A stretch of DNA of 64,000 nucleotides from NCBI GenBank assembly GCA_951406725.2, contig OX597815.1:201872001-201936000 (forward strand), given 5' to 3'. A model generated the notes under the pieces. It had not been told where the DNA came from and ran no database searches. It was given only the letters and a program-made list of their open reading frames with translations. The stretch is from Octopus vulgaris. Its lineage: Eukaryota. This document shows, piece after piece, positions 29,645 to 42,110 of the stretch. The position numbers and the translations under genes are program-made. How positions within the stretch are numbered: position 1 is the stretch's first letter; each line of letters opens with the position of its first letter.

Positions 29645-29836
29645 ATAAATAATCCAGAATCCTCGTCTGTTGCTGGATCGATTCCAAAACCTAATCAGTT
29701 CGTGCCAGTTGCGAGGCCAAACTTCCCTGAAAGTTTCATCCGAATGCATCCAGCATTTCTTGAGATATCTTGTCCGCGGTCAAACAAACAAACATGCTCA
29801 AAGAATACATCCACCTTCGCTACGGTGTGGGCAATA
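29645..29836 (-). mobile_element. Helentron-associated non-autonomous element (HINE/DINE-1-like)
   Basis: Minus strand: TTATT start, short CCAC..GTGG palindrome, GTTT microsatellite, gatatctcaaga...gatgaaacttt...gattaggttttgg, and an internal hairpin. Confidence 0.55.
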
Positions 29837-30463
29837 ATGATAACAATAATAACAATAATAATAAAAGGATGAAGTAAAAAAAATAATAGAATAAGATAAA
29901 AGTAATAAGACAAAAAGAATGAAAAATATCAAAAGTGTGTATCTTACAGTTAATACTTACCCGAGAATCTCTCTAAGCACTTGGACATTCCAAAACGAGT
30001 TGACTTAGCTGCTGAGTTGATGTTGAGGTGCCCTCTTCCACCATGCATCAGGCAGAAAAGCGGTTTAGGTGTGACAGAAATCTGCCCACCTCAAATAATG
30101 CCAATGGCATGTCTGATGATAAAATATTTTGTCCTATTTGTTATAACATTACCATCACCACTCTATACAGATTTACAAAGAAAATTGTGTACGCAAATCA
30201 AGTCAAATGAGGATTTTATAGAGGAAAAAGCTACACATAAGAGTTTGGAATGTTATTGATAAGAACACAGTGTTAAATCTCAATGAATTAATTCCATTTT
30301 CTCAAGTCTTCTAAATCAGGATATTCCTGGTCTATCGATGAACCCACGGATTCTTATTGTAGGTAATTCTATAAAACTATCATATACAGAAATTAAATAA
30401 CTGTCTTCCTGTTATATATATGCGTGTGTGTATATAAATATATATATATACACACACACACAT

Positions 30464-30591
<128 letters not shown>

Positions 30592-31684
30592 ACACGTATA
30601 CCCATATAGCATACACACACGTGTGTGTGTGTGAACGTCTTCAAATGTTCCTGAAAGGTTTGTTTGCATCACTGCAGTTTTTGACCCTGTATGAAATAAA
30701 TAATTCATTACTTTTGCCAAACTTATAAGTGTCTGAAAATTTGATATATATTTTATTTAATCACACACATGATAATTTAAGTAAACTGTACCATATTTTA
30801 AATAGGTGAACGGAAAAAAAAATTGAATAAATTGGAAAACAGTATATCCTTATACACTGGAACTCCAAAATCATATAATAAAATACAGTCTGTCTGAATA
30901 TTTATTGAACGTTTCTCTTTCTCAATATAAAGCAGATCAAATTTCCGTTTCATTATTTTCTTTTTTTTAATATACTGTCTGATGGCTGCGGTGGGGAGTT
31001 ATTTATCTTTAAAATCAATAAACGGTATAATTCCACAAACAAACGGTAAGCAGTGAAAAATAAAGAAACAAACGAACGTACATTCAGCCTGATTATTGAG
31101 TTAGTGATAGTCTGAATAGCGAAAACGGTTCAATATAGGTATATAAAGAAGAGATAAAGAATTGATCGTCAAGAATTCAGTAAATAAAAGATTAAAAGGA
31201 AAAGAAAATTGCGATGAAATAGCAGACAGATATGTGCAAGTAGATTAACTTCAAATATAATGGATGATAGGGAAATCGAAAACTTCTAATTGAAACACTG
31301 GAAAAAATTACTTTTTTTGTTTTTCTTTATTCTATGGATTGGCATTATGTTAAAAGTATTCTCTTATTTAAAGCGTTCGCATTGTTCATTAGTTGTTTAC
31401 GAAACCGATAAAGAGTAAAATCCATAATGAGATTTTTCTTTTCTTAAGTATTAAATTCGTATAGTCTGTGTGCGGCTGGTGATGTGCTAACGTTCATTCA
31501 TGTGACAAGAGTGGATGACATTTTTTTCAAATTACTCTCATTCTAGTTTTAAATACTTATCTCTAACTTTGCTACTTTATATGTAAGGTCTACAGAATTT
31601 GGTTGATTCAGGTTATATCGAATGTGTTATTAAATCAGCAGTTCAACATGATTTGGTTAATATTCAGTTTACATATATTTACAG

Positions 31685-32079
31685 AAGTGACTGTGTGGTA
31701 AGTAGCTTGCTTCCAAACCACATGGTTGTGGGTTTAGTCCCACTGCGTGGCACCTTGGCCAAGTGTCTTCTACTATAGTCTCGGGCCGACCAATGCCTTG
31801 TGGTTGGATTTTGTAGATGGAAACTGAAAGAAGCCCGTTGTATATACATATACATTTATATATGTATGCGTGCTTCTGTGTCAATGTTTGTCCCCACCAT
31901 CGCTTGACAACCGATGATAGTGTGTTTACGTCCCCGTAACTTAGCGGTTCGGCAAAAGTGTCTGATAGAATAAGTACTAGGCTTACAAAGAATAAGTTCT
32001 GGGGTCGATTTTTTCAACTAAAGAGGCGGTATCCCAGCATGGCCGCAGTCAAATAACTGAAACAAGTAAAAGAATAAAA

Positions 32080-32082
<3 letters not shown>
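31685..32082 (+). mobile_element. OR2-like CORE SINE
   Basis: Full-length homology to the other copies. Confidence 0.9.
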
Positions 32083-32129
<47 letters not shown>

Positions 32130-32131
<2 letters not shown>

Positions 32132-32267
32132 TCAAACTAAGCAACAAGGATATCCTTGCTTAGTTTGTTTATAATCACCCCATTTGATTTATATGGATAA
32201 TACCATACCAAATTCTGGTGCCTTTAACTTAGGTACCATATTCATGAGAATCTAAATTTTTGCTGAA

Positions 32268-32270
<3 letters not shown>
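32130..32270. repeat. Hairpin+tail element, family B (short hairpin)
   Basis: caaactaagcaa...ttgcttagtttg followed by tail tataatcacccc...ttctggtgc...gaatctaaatt, homologous to 40112-40400. Confidence 0.7.
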
Positions 32271-32327
<57 letters not shown>

Positions 32328-32490
32328 GGCAGTTATCTAAAAGTTTTTGTTCGTCATAATGCTGACAGAGGTTCCTTGTCTTTCATGATGAGAAGGCGGC
32401 ATAATGCACCCTTTACTCCTTCGGAATTAAGAATATGCAGTCTTCGAAACATATGTCGAGAGTAAAGGAATTTTGTTAAAATCGTTCATA

Positions 32491-32551
<61 letters not shown>

Positions 32552-33437
32552 TAAATGAACGATTTTAACAAAATTCCTTTTCTTGTGGTAATAGCACTTA
32601 AGATAATAATGTATTTTATATTTAATATATATATATTTAATATATATATATATATATATATATAAGTAAATGAACGATTTTAACAAAATTCCTTTTCTTG
32701 TGGTAATAGCACTTAAGATAATAATGTATTTTATATTTAAAGGAACAAAATTATATAGGTTATATTAATTTTATCCTTAATTAGTTTTCCATTCTAGCTA
32801 CTTGCTAAATCTTACATTTTAAAATTAAACAGTATTTAATTCAGTGCTGAATTGTTCCGATTATATACGTGCGGTCGATATGAACATGAGATGCCCCCTT
32901 TCATGGATATATGTGAACATTTGCATATGCTCTGGTGGATTTGTTGCTGTTCGCTTGGTTAGTAGTGATGTTTATATTTATATTTTCTGGTTATGTTGTA
33001 CCGATGATTGGAGAGGATATTATACATGCTGACCATGAAATCATTAATGATATACGGCTAAACCATTTTTATAGGTACTTCCTCCATGATCATTCCACCG
33101 ATTTCGGTGCCCGTGAAAGGTTATTGAAGTACGTTGTCTTTAGAGACCCTTTAAAGCGTGAGGCCTTAGCTATAGTGATAGTCCTTGATGTAATAATGTA
33201 TATACATACTTATATATATATAACATAGGGTAAAATTAATTAATAATTTTACCAATTAGTCAGTACGTTTAAAAACTTTCTTAGGTAAATTATACAAAAT
33301 ATTCTATAATTATATATATTATTATAATCAGGAGTCAGCTAGGCCCTCACCACGTACTGAATTAGAAATAGACACTAATGCCTTTTCAGCATCCATAACA
33401 ATTTTCGAGACAATAACACACTTTTGGTATGTCAGTA

Positions 33438-33605
33438 ACTTCTGTTAATCACAGACGCGTTTCGAACTTAAGTAGATTATATTTATCTATTGTCATCCTC
33501 AGTGTAGTACTCCTAGTTAAAACTTTGCGAGTATTAGGATTAGATATGTACGCAATTAATGTAATTGTGGCATAATTCGAAACGCGTCTGTGATTAACTG
33601 AAGTT
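33438..33605. repeat. Inverted repeat containing a hammerhead ribozyme (minus strand 33449-33510)
   Basis: aacttctgttaatcacagacgcgtttcgaa ... ttcgaaacgcgtctgtgattaactgaagtt. Minus strand reads UACA-CUGAGGA-U-GAC...GUUC-GAAA-CGCG-UC-UGUG. Confidence 0.75.
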
Positions 33606-34169
33606 GTGTGAACTCATCATTTTTGCTTTCTACTTACATAAAAAAAGTGTTTTATTAATTAGAAGCGAATAACAAAGCTGTTTTTATTTTGGAGCTAAGT
33701 TTTCTAAATTACAAGATTAATATTACTGCAGTTATTTTTTGGAGTACCTGTAAAATGCTTTGGTTAATTAAACTTATTAATTCGTAGTAGTCACCTACAA
33801 AAAACAACAGCGTGTCACAATCTCATGTAAAATTTAAAGAATCCCTACATTTGTTTCTGTAATACTTCGTGTACAAAATGCCGTAGGTGTCGAATGTTTA
33901 TGAATATTTACATGGCATAATTAAATACAATAACATCTGACTAAATGAGCTCTCCTAACAGAGTTACTGATGTAGCCAATGAAACAATATGGCGCAAATC
34001 CATATAAAGAGGGACGCAAAAATAATGGAATTATGAGAACGCCATCTCGCATAACGCAGTAATCGATCATGCAAGAGAACAAGAGAATGGTCAGAGGCCA
34101 GTGGCATCAGCAAAATACACACATACGCGTGTATGTATGCATGCATGTATATATATATATGTATGTAAG

Positions 34170-34302
<133 letters not shown>

Positions 34303-34799
34303 GTAGGATAATTTTTATTTTCGAAAAAATTTTATCAATGGCCAATATATCAAAAAATACCTTTAAAGGTATTACGGTAATAACGGATTTTTTAGAAATT
34401 GCTATTGGCTTGTTTCGAGACGCATTAATTATAATGGTTATTGACAATTTTGCCTTTTTTTCGGCATATTTGGCATTAGAATCTTTCTTTTGCCCTTATT
34501 TTATATATATATATATATATGACTATAAATGTAGAAGATATTGTGTGCAAAATTATGTCTGTGATCAAAAAGAGCAACGTCACAAACTAGAACGAAGCCA
34601 TTCATTTTAGCATTTCGCATCTCTTCTCTCTGTATTACTATATCACAACCCTTACTCACATGTATACACGTGTGCGTAAACATGTGAGCGCGTGTTTGCG
34701 TGTATATATATATATGTGTGTGTGTGTTTGTGTGTGTAGATATGTATTGATACATAGACAGACAGGTAGATAGAGACATAGACATATAGATAAACAGGC

Positions 34800-35092
<293 letters not shown>

Positions 35093-36273
35093 TGAACATT
35101 AGTGTAACTCTTTACATATATTAACATGCATACATATATAAACACTAAGACAGTGTTAGCATGATTTCGTGCGTACTTGTATACGCTCATGATGTTTAAT
35201 TCGATTTGGTTTTCAAATGAACATAAGTGATATGAATGCGATGTCATTTACTGAACACACCGTCCAGTAATTGCATTACTCGTTTCTCTAGTCTACTTTA
35301 TGGAGAGACAATTTATTCAATGTCAAATATGTCTCAGATTAGGAAGCAATAATAACTCATATCTCTCGAAATATGTTTGTAAAGTAAATATTTAGGTGCC
35401 CCTTCATTATAATGTCTACTAAATTTGATTTAATCTATGTATTTTGCTACCGATGAAACAATTTAACCGAAACTCCAGTGTGCTGTTTCTGCTCATATCC
35501 AGATTATTTGATATAGAATTCCATAGGTTACGATTCAAAGCCAAGAGAAATAATTTCCCAATTTCCCATCTCAGTGGCGCAAATAATTTATCCAGGGAAT
35601 TGTGTTACATAATCTATTATCGGCTTATGATGTTTAAATTGAAGAGTATACTTACGTATTGGACATGATATGCTATATATTTTATGTTCATATTAGCGAA
35701 ATAATTACGCATAAAATTACACTTTCACGGGTATCTACCAAATTTTACAATGTCCACGAACAATGATATGAAATGAACGAGAGTCAACCACCTATGTGTC
35801 ATAAAGTTTATGAACTATCATACCTTGAATATTTCATAAAATACTTATTCTCAAAAAATTGGGGATGTATCTCATGGAATCAGAAATGCACTTGTACCAC
35901 TAAACATTTAATGTGCTTTCAGTAAACTTATTTTGCCGTATATTTCATATGACAAACGCAGAAATTGGTATTTCGATTTTAGTTATAAAAAATTATATGT
36001 ATTGCCTTCTGTCCTCAACTGAAGTGTAAATAAAACGCATCTTAGGCAATTGAAACCGGTGAAAAATCCATCCGAACGGTACTATTTACAGATCTGTCGG
36101 TTTCTTTCAGCGAAAACAAAAGACGTATTTAGCAAAAAGAAATACTCTGCATGAACACAAAATAATTATAACTTTTGAGACACTTGAACTCGCAGAGGAG
36201 ATGGACGAAAAAAGTACACAAAAAGAATTATTCTATCTGATGCCCTAAAAGCTGACCACAAATACGCTATATA

Positions 36274-36669
36274 TCTTTATATATAAAAGTGAAGTTGTGT
36301 GTCTGTCTCCTACGATTTAGATTCCTAACTACTCCCACATTTTGCGGTGCAGTTTAACCAAAACCGGGTATCTTATAGTCGTGATTCATATCGAGCCCTC
36401 CTGGGTATTAGCGCGCGTCTACGATGAGTCTACGATTTTAAAAAAGCAATTACCATCATTCTTTTCCATTTTAATGCATTTTTTCGCTATTATATAAGGG
36501 AAGTAACTCTCTACAAATGTCTGCGATGAGTCAACGATTTAAAAAAAATTTACCATAATTTCTTTCCATTTTTAATGCATGTTTTTGCTATGTTTTGGCT
36601 ATAACTCTCTAAAATGCTTATATAGTTATTTCCCTAACAAACCCGAGCAACGCCGGGCGATACTGCTAG
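36274..36669 (+). mobile_element. Non-autonomous Helitron with an internal duplication of about 100 bp
   Basis: A|TC...CTAG|T termini; subterminal hairpin CCCG-AGCAACGC-CGGG; no TSD; unit gtctacgatgagtc...aactctcta occurs twice. Confidence 0.9.
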
Positions 36670-37153
36670 TTTTAAATAGAAACATACAAAAAAATTCACA
36701 GAGAGAATATCGGTATTTTAATAGTTTAATACTATTATATATATTAACACACAATTTATAACTTTTTAGTCTTGTTTGAAATAGACATGACTCCAAGAAC
36801 AAGCAAGCACATTGCAACATGATTACGAATCCATGTACTTCTAACGTCCTTTGTAGTTTTTATTCAAGCTACTAACGAATACATTTTGGCTACTCTGATT
36901 ATTCATATCACTGTCCTTTTGTGCGAAACAAATAGTATCGCAACATGAGTAATAAAAACTATAATCAATTTTAACATCTGAGCTCTTCTATTTACATATA
37001 TATGAATGAATTTATTGAACTGTGTTTAAGAAGTTAAATCATATACTGCGTATTTCTATATATGTTTTCATATCTACTCTAATTTATTCTAGTAAATTCA
37101 AAAGTAATGTATAACGAAACAACGTTAGAAATCTTTGGAAAGTACTCTAATTT

Positions 37154-37204
<51 letters not shown>

Positions 37205-37207
<3 letters not shown>

Positions 37208-37415
37208 TCTTTTACTTGTTTCAGTCATTTGACTGTGGGCATGCTGAAGCACGCCTTTAGTTGAACAAATCGACCTCATGACTTATTCTATCTGTTTCTT
37301 TTGCCGAACGGCTAGGTTACGGTACGTAAACACACCAGCATCGGTTGTCAAGCGATGTTGGGGGCAGAAACATATACACACAAACGTATACACACACATA
37401 TATACATACACACAC

Positions 37416-37440
<25 letters not shown>
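37205..37440 (-). mobile_element. 3' half of an OR2-like SINE
   Basis: tactcttttacttgtttcagtcatttgactg...aaacacaccagcatcggttgtcaagcgatg. Confidence 0.85.
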
Positions 37441-37487
<47 letters not shown>

Positions 37488-37489
<2 letters not shown>

Positions 37490-37625
37490 TAAGTAATTAA
37501 GGGATTAAACCCTTAATTATTTAGTATTACTTAAACCTTCCTTGAATGCGGCTTTTACATGCCGAACTCTACTTGGTGAAATTAATGATCATTTCTAAAT
37601 TAATTAATTTCACCCTTTATTATTG
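37488..37625. repeat. Hairpin+tail element, family A (16-bp hairpin)
   Basis: actaagtaattaaggg-attaaa-cccttaattatttagt followed by tail catgccgaactctacttggtgaaatt. Confidence 0.7.
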
Positions 37626-37631
37626 ATAAAT

Positions 37632-37694
<63 letters not shown>

Positions 37695-38907
37695 GTCGTT
37701 AGCAATCAGTCTTGAAACTAATGGCTACTATATGAAATAATCTTTCTTAAATTCCTTCTTTACGCACGGAGAAATGTTTACATTAATATTCCAATTGGTG
37801 ATGTGTATGCAATATATAAAACATATACCTTTAGTATGTATCATTGAGTTAACGACTCAGTCGTCGTCGTAATGGAAGTGCATTCAGTTACAATGTATTG
37901 TGTAACCTGTGGAAGATGTATTCGACATTGTTACCATCCTTCGTATCAAGTTTCTTTTCTTTTAGTGCAAGTGAATTGTAAACTGTTGATCTGAGAATAT
38001 GATCCATATAAAATTAAAAACAAATATTTTCCAGAATGCTTTTATTGGTCACACGTCTCGGCTATAAGAATCAGGAATATTACAATGCATTTCATCTCTG
38101 TCTTCTTGGTTTCGCAAGGATCTTTCTCATTGCAACATTACTTGTTCAATGTTTTTTTCATACAATAACAGTTTAGTTTTCCTAAGCTAAACAATCTAAA
38201 TAATAAAGGAAATGGAAGTTTCAGTATTTACGAAGAACGTGCTTTTATCGTAATATTACGATTCCGGACAATATGTAACTTTTACAAATAGCATTTTATG
38301 TTGAGTTTGCGTTTTCTGTCTCCTTATTCAAACAGCAGTGTAAAAAGCAACGCGGCATAGTTTGAATGCACGTAGTTGATATTTTAATGGAATGAGTCAC
38401 ATGGACTACACATTATTTTCACGCATCCGGTAAGTGGTAATGCTTGGAGACGTTCGAATTTAACATCTGACATAATTACCGGAAATTCTGCCGATTATGG
38501 AATCCATATTCGACAAAGGGCCTGGGATTGGTCTTATATTTCAAATGTAACAATGAAAGTCTGTTTATGAACTAAACCAGTAAGATTATTGATGCACCAT
38601 GAAGGATTGTAGTGCTCTGATAACGTCTTCTCACTAGTCTTTTTGCTAATGCTCTTCGTCAATCCATAGATATGCTGCATTCTACACTCAAACATGCACA
38701 CACTCACACAAATACATATATTAAAAAAAGTAGGAAATAGTCAGAATTTGAATAAATACTCCATACTGAGCACAGTCATCTCCTTCAGGGATTCGTCATA
38801 AATTGTGGGCTGTTGAGTTTGTTTACCTTTACTCTTTTACTCGTTTCAGCCATCTGGCTGTGGTCATGCTGGAGTGCCACCATAATATATATATGTATCT
38901 ATTTATT

Positions 38908-39140
38908 AAGGCGGCGAGCTGCCAGAAACGTTAGTACGCCGGGCGAAATGCTTAGTGGTATTTCGTCTGCTGTTACGTTCTGAGTTCAAATTCCGTCGAG
39001 GTTGTCTTTGCCTTTCATCCTTTCGGGGTCGATAAATAAAGTACCAGTTTTGCATTGGGGTCGATGTAATCGACTTAATCCGTTTGTCAGTCCTTGTTTG
39101 TCCCATCTATGTTTAGCCCCTTGTGGGCAGTAAAGAAATA
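38908..39140 (+). mobile_element. Nin-domain tRNA-SINE
   Basis: Same family as 22795; flanking repeat atatatgtatcta. Confidence 0.9.
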
Positions 39141-39594
39141 TATATGTATCTAAGTGAGATGGTTAAAAATGTCACCAGTTCAATTTTTTCTTGAGGTTTA
39201 GTAAAAGTATGCTTGGGCGGGTTATTTGGGATGTTTTTTTCTCATTTTGAATATCTATATGCGTAGGCATAATTGTGAGGAAAAATGTTAACCACAGTAT
39301 GCGTGAGATGTTTGAGGCTTGATGTGAGAAGAAAGGAACAAATAAAGATTTGTTTTCTGAGATGGATGTTTCCCTGACAGATCAAAAGTGGTCTCTTTAT
39401 ATTAACTGCAATAAAAATTTCCTTTTAGTTGTAAAATGGCTGACAGGGATTTCAGTCTGCTTTTGAGTGGCTGCTTATTAATGCATGGGAAAAGACAAAC
39501 ATATGTTTTTAGCTATAGATTTCGTCAAATTGTTTCTGAAGGCTTTTAAATGTTTGTGTGTGGATTGTTTAAGATTTGATTTTACAGTAATTTT

Positions 39595-39900
39595 CGTGAC
39601 AGTAATAATAGCATCCTAATCGGGCCGAATTGCAAAGAGAATTATATCGGTGAAACTGGAAATCTCTTTTGTCAACATGCATGAAATACTAGGCAGCATA
39701 TAATGCAATCTGAATAACATAAGATACAAACATCGAGAAATACGCGGAAAAAAAAAAGATTCAAGATCATTCTATAATTGTTAAACGAAAACTTCAAAAT
39801 ACTGACAAAGAACACATTAAATAACCTATTACCACACTTCCTTTTCCGAAAACCTATCAACACTAAACATGTCTAGAGAGAAGGCTTTATCAACCGCTAG
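39595..39900 (+). pseudogene. Penelope-like element GIY-YIG endonuclease remnant
   Basis: RDSNNSILIGPNCKENYIGETGN...RQHI...; the C..C...YIGETG signature of PLE endonucleases, with stops. Confidence 0.65.
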
Positions 39901-40041
39901 TACTACATGGCGAATACTATAGGGAATGAAAGTGCTCAGTAAATATCATTTATCCAAATTCTCACAACTTACATTTTTCATTAGTTTATGAAATGTAAAC
40001 ACCAATACAAACAATGTATACACGCATAGACAGACACAAAC

Positions 40042-40111
<70 letters not shown>

Positions 40112-40114
<3 letters not shown>

Positions 40115-40395
40115 CGAGAAAGAAGCAACAAGAATGGATTAGTTTTTAGTACAATTGTTTCATACAAAGACAGACTTTATTAAAAGTTGCAAATATTGCA
40201 GCAGATATTGCAACTTTTAATAAAGCCTGTCTTTGTATGAAACAATTTACTAAAACTAATCCATACTTGTTGCTTCTTTCTCGTTTATAATCACCCCACA
40301 TTACTGTATGGTTAAAACCATATAGTTTTCTGGTGCATCTAAGTTAAGTACCGCATTCAAGTAAATTCATTAGAATTGACTTGAATCTAAATTGC

Positions 40396-40400
<5 letters not shown>
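40112..40400. repeat. Hairpin+tail element, family B (arms about 80 bp)
   Basis: 40112-40192 is the reverse complement of about 40208-40287; tail follows; flanked by (TA)n. Confidence 0.85.
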
Positions 40401-40447
<47 letters not shown>

Positions 40448-40608
40448 CATATAAAGTTAATCCAAACAAGAAAGCACAAAAAAACACAACAACGCGAGGA
40501 CGTGGAAAAAAATATAGTATTATTGGACGCTCAGGAAAGAAGGAAAGAAGGAAAGATCCAGAGAAGGGAAGACAGGAAAAACAATCGCCAACGGTACACA
40601 CGCGGTCA

Positions 40609-40673
<65 letters not shown>

Positions 40674-41057
40674 GAGAGAGAGAGAGAGAGATCCAACAGT
40701 GAAAGTTTGTATGTCTCATATGCATATATGCACGTAAACAAGAAAATCGAAGATAGAAAAGTAGGTGATGGGTGTATATGCATATTTGAAGCTCATTACT
40801 CATTGTTCAGCCCCACATTCAGCTTATTAACTATCCAATAGCACATTGATTAAATATCAACTACGTTTAGCGATGTAACACTGTCAGGTAGACGAATTTA
40901 CATATTAAACCCATACTTGATGGCTGGTACCTATATATTAATTGCTGGTAGGGACATTGTATTTCATTTTGAAACCATAATATACTACGAGGAATACTAT
41001 AGGCTTATAATTCAATACTGTACGCTGTTTGTTTTGACAGTACGATACATTCAGTCA

Positions 41058-41463
41058 TCTCTTTTACTCTTTTACTCTTTTACTTGTTTCAGTCATTTTG
41101 ACTGCGGCCATGCTGGAGCACCGCCTTTAGTCGAGCAAATCGACCCCGGGACTTATTCTTTGTAAGCCCAGTACTTATTCTATCGGTCTCTTTTGCCGAA
41201 CCGCTAAGTGACGGGGGCGTAAACACACCAGCATCGGTTGTCAAGTAATGCTAGTGGGACAAACACAGCAGACACACAAACACATGCATATATATATACA
41301 TATATACGACAGGCTTCTTTCAGTTTCCCTCTACCAAATCCACTCACAAGGCATTGGTCGGCCCGGGGCTATAGCTTGCCCAAGGTGCCACGCAGTGGGA
41401 CTGAACCCGGGACCATGTGGTTGGTTAGCAAGCTACTTACCACACAGCCACTCCTACGCCTCT
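41058..41463 (-). mobile_element. OR2-like CORE SINE, young copy
   Basis: Highly similar to 1063-1479. Confidence 0.92.
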
Positions 41464-42110
41464 ACAAATTTTCTCGAAATATTTAAATGTAGTAAATGAA
41501 ATAGTTTCAAATATTTTAAACGAAAATGATTACAAAATTAATGAAGCAAAAACTGAAGATCCAAGTTAAGAATATAAACAGAAAACATTATTTGAATATA
41601 ATTTTCCAATAATTAAACGAAACTGAATTCGAGTAAATTTACCGGAAAGATGAACGTTCATTGTCAAAAGAAAAATAAACAAGGTTGCAGTTGTCGTCTG
41701 CTCGGGAAACCTAAGGAAATAAACCGTTGCCAAGTGGTTGTAGTGTTAAGCTTACATACCTAAGCTAGTAAAAATAATAAAAAAATAGCTCAGTTCTAGA
41801 ACATTGGTGCCTGTCTATCTGTCCGTGTCATTCTTTCTCTTTCTCTTTCGCTCCCTTCCCCCTCTCTCTCTCATTTTCCTATGGTAGTGTGGAAGAAGTA
41901 GATTTACTCTGTTTTTTAAAATATATATTTAAAAGTGTTTAAATATGCAGAGTATCGTTGTTTAATATAAGTCTTGGTAGTGGGAATAAATCTTCGCCTA
42001 GTGGTTATTCTCACTCTCTTTTAAATATGAAAAACATAGCAACTCTGATTCTCTCTTTCAAACCATATACACTAGCGCAGGAGTGGCTGTGTGGTAAGTA
42101 GCTTGGTTAC

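Noticed and set aside
30028-30210. Possible neuropeptide-like ORF (KR site, cysteines)
   Set aside because: No signal peptide and no recognisable family.
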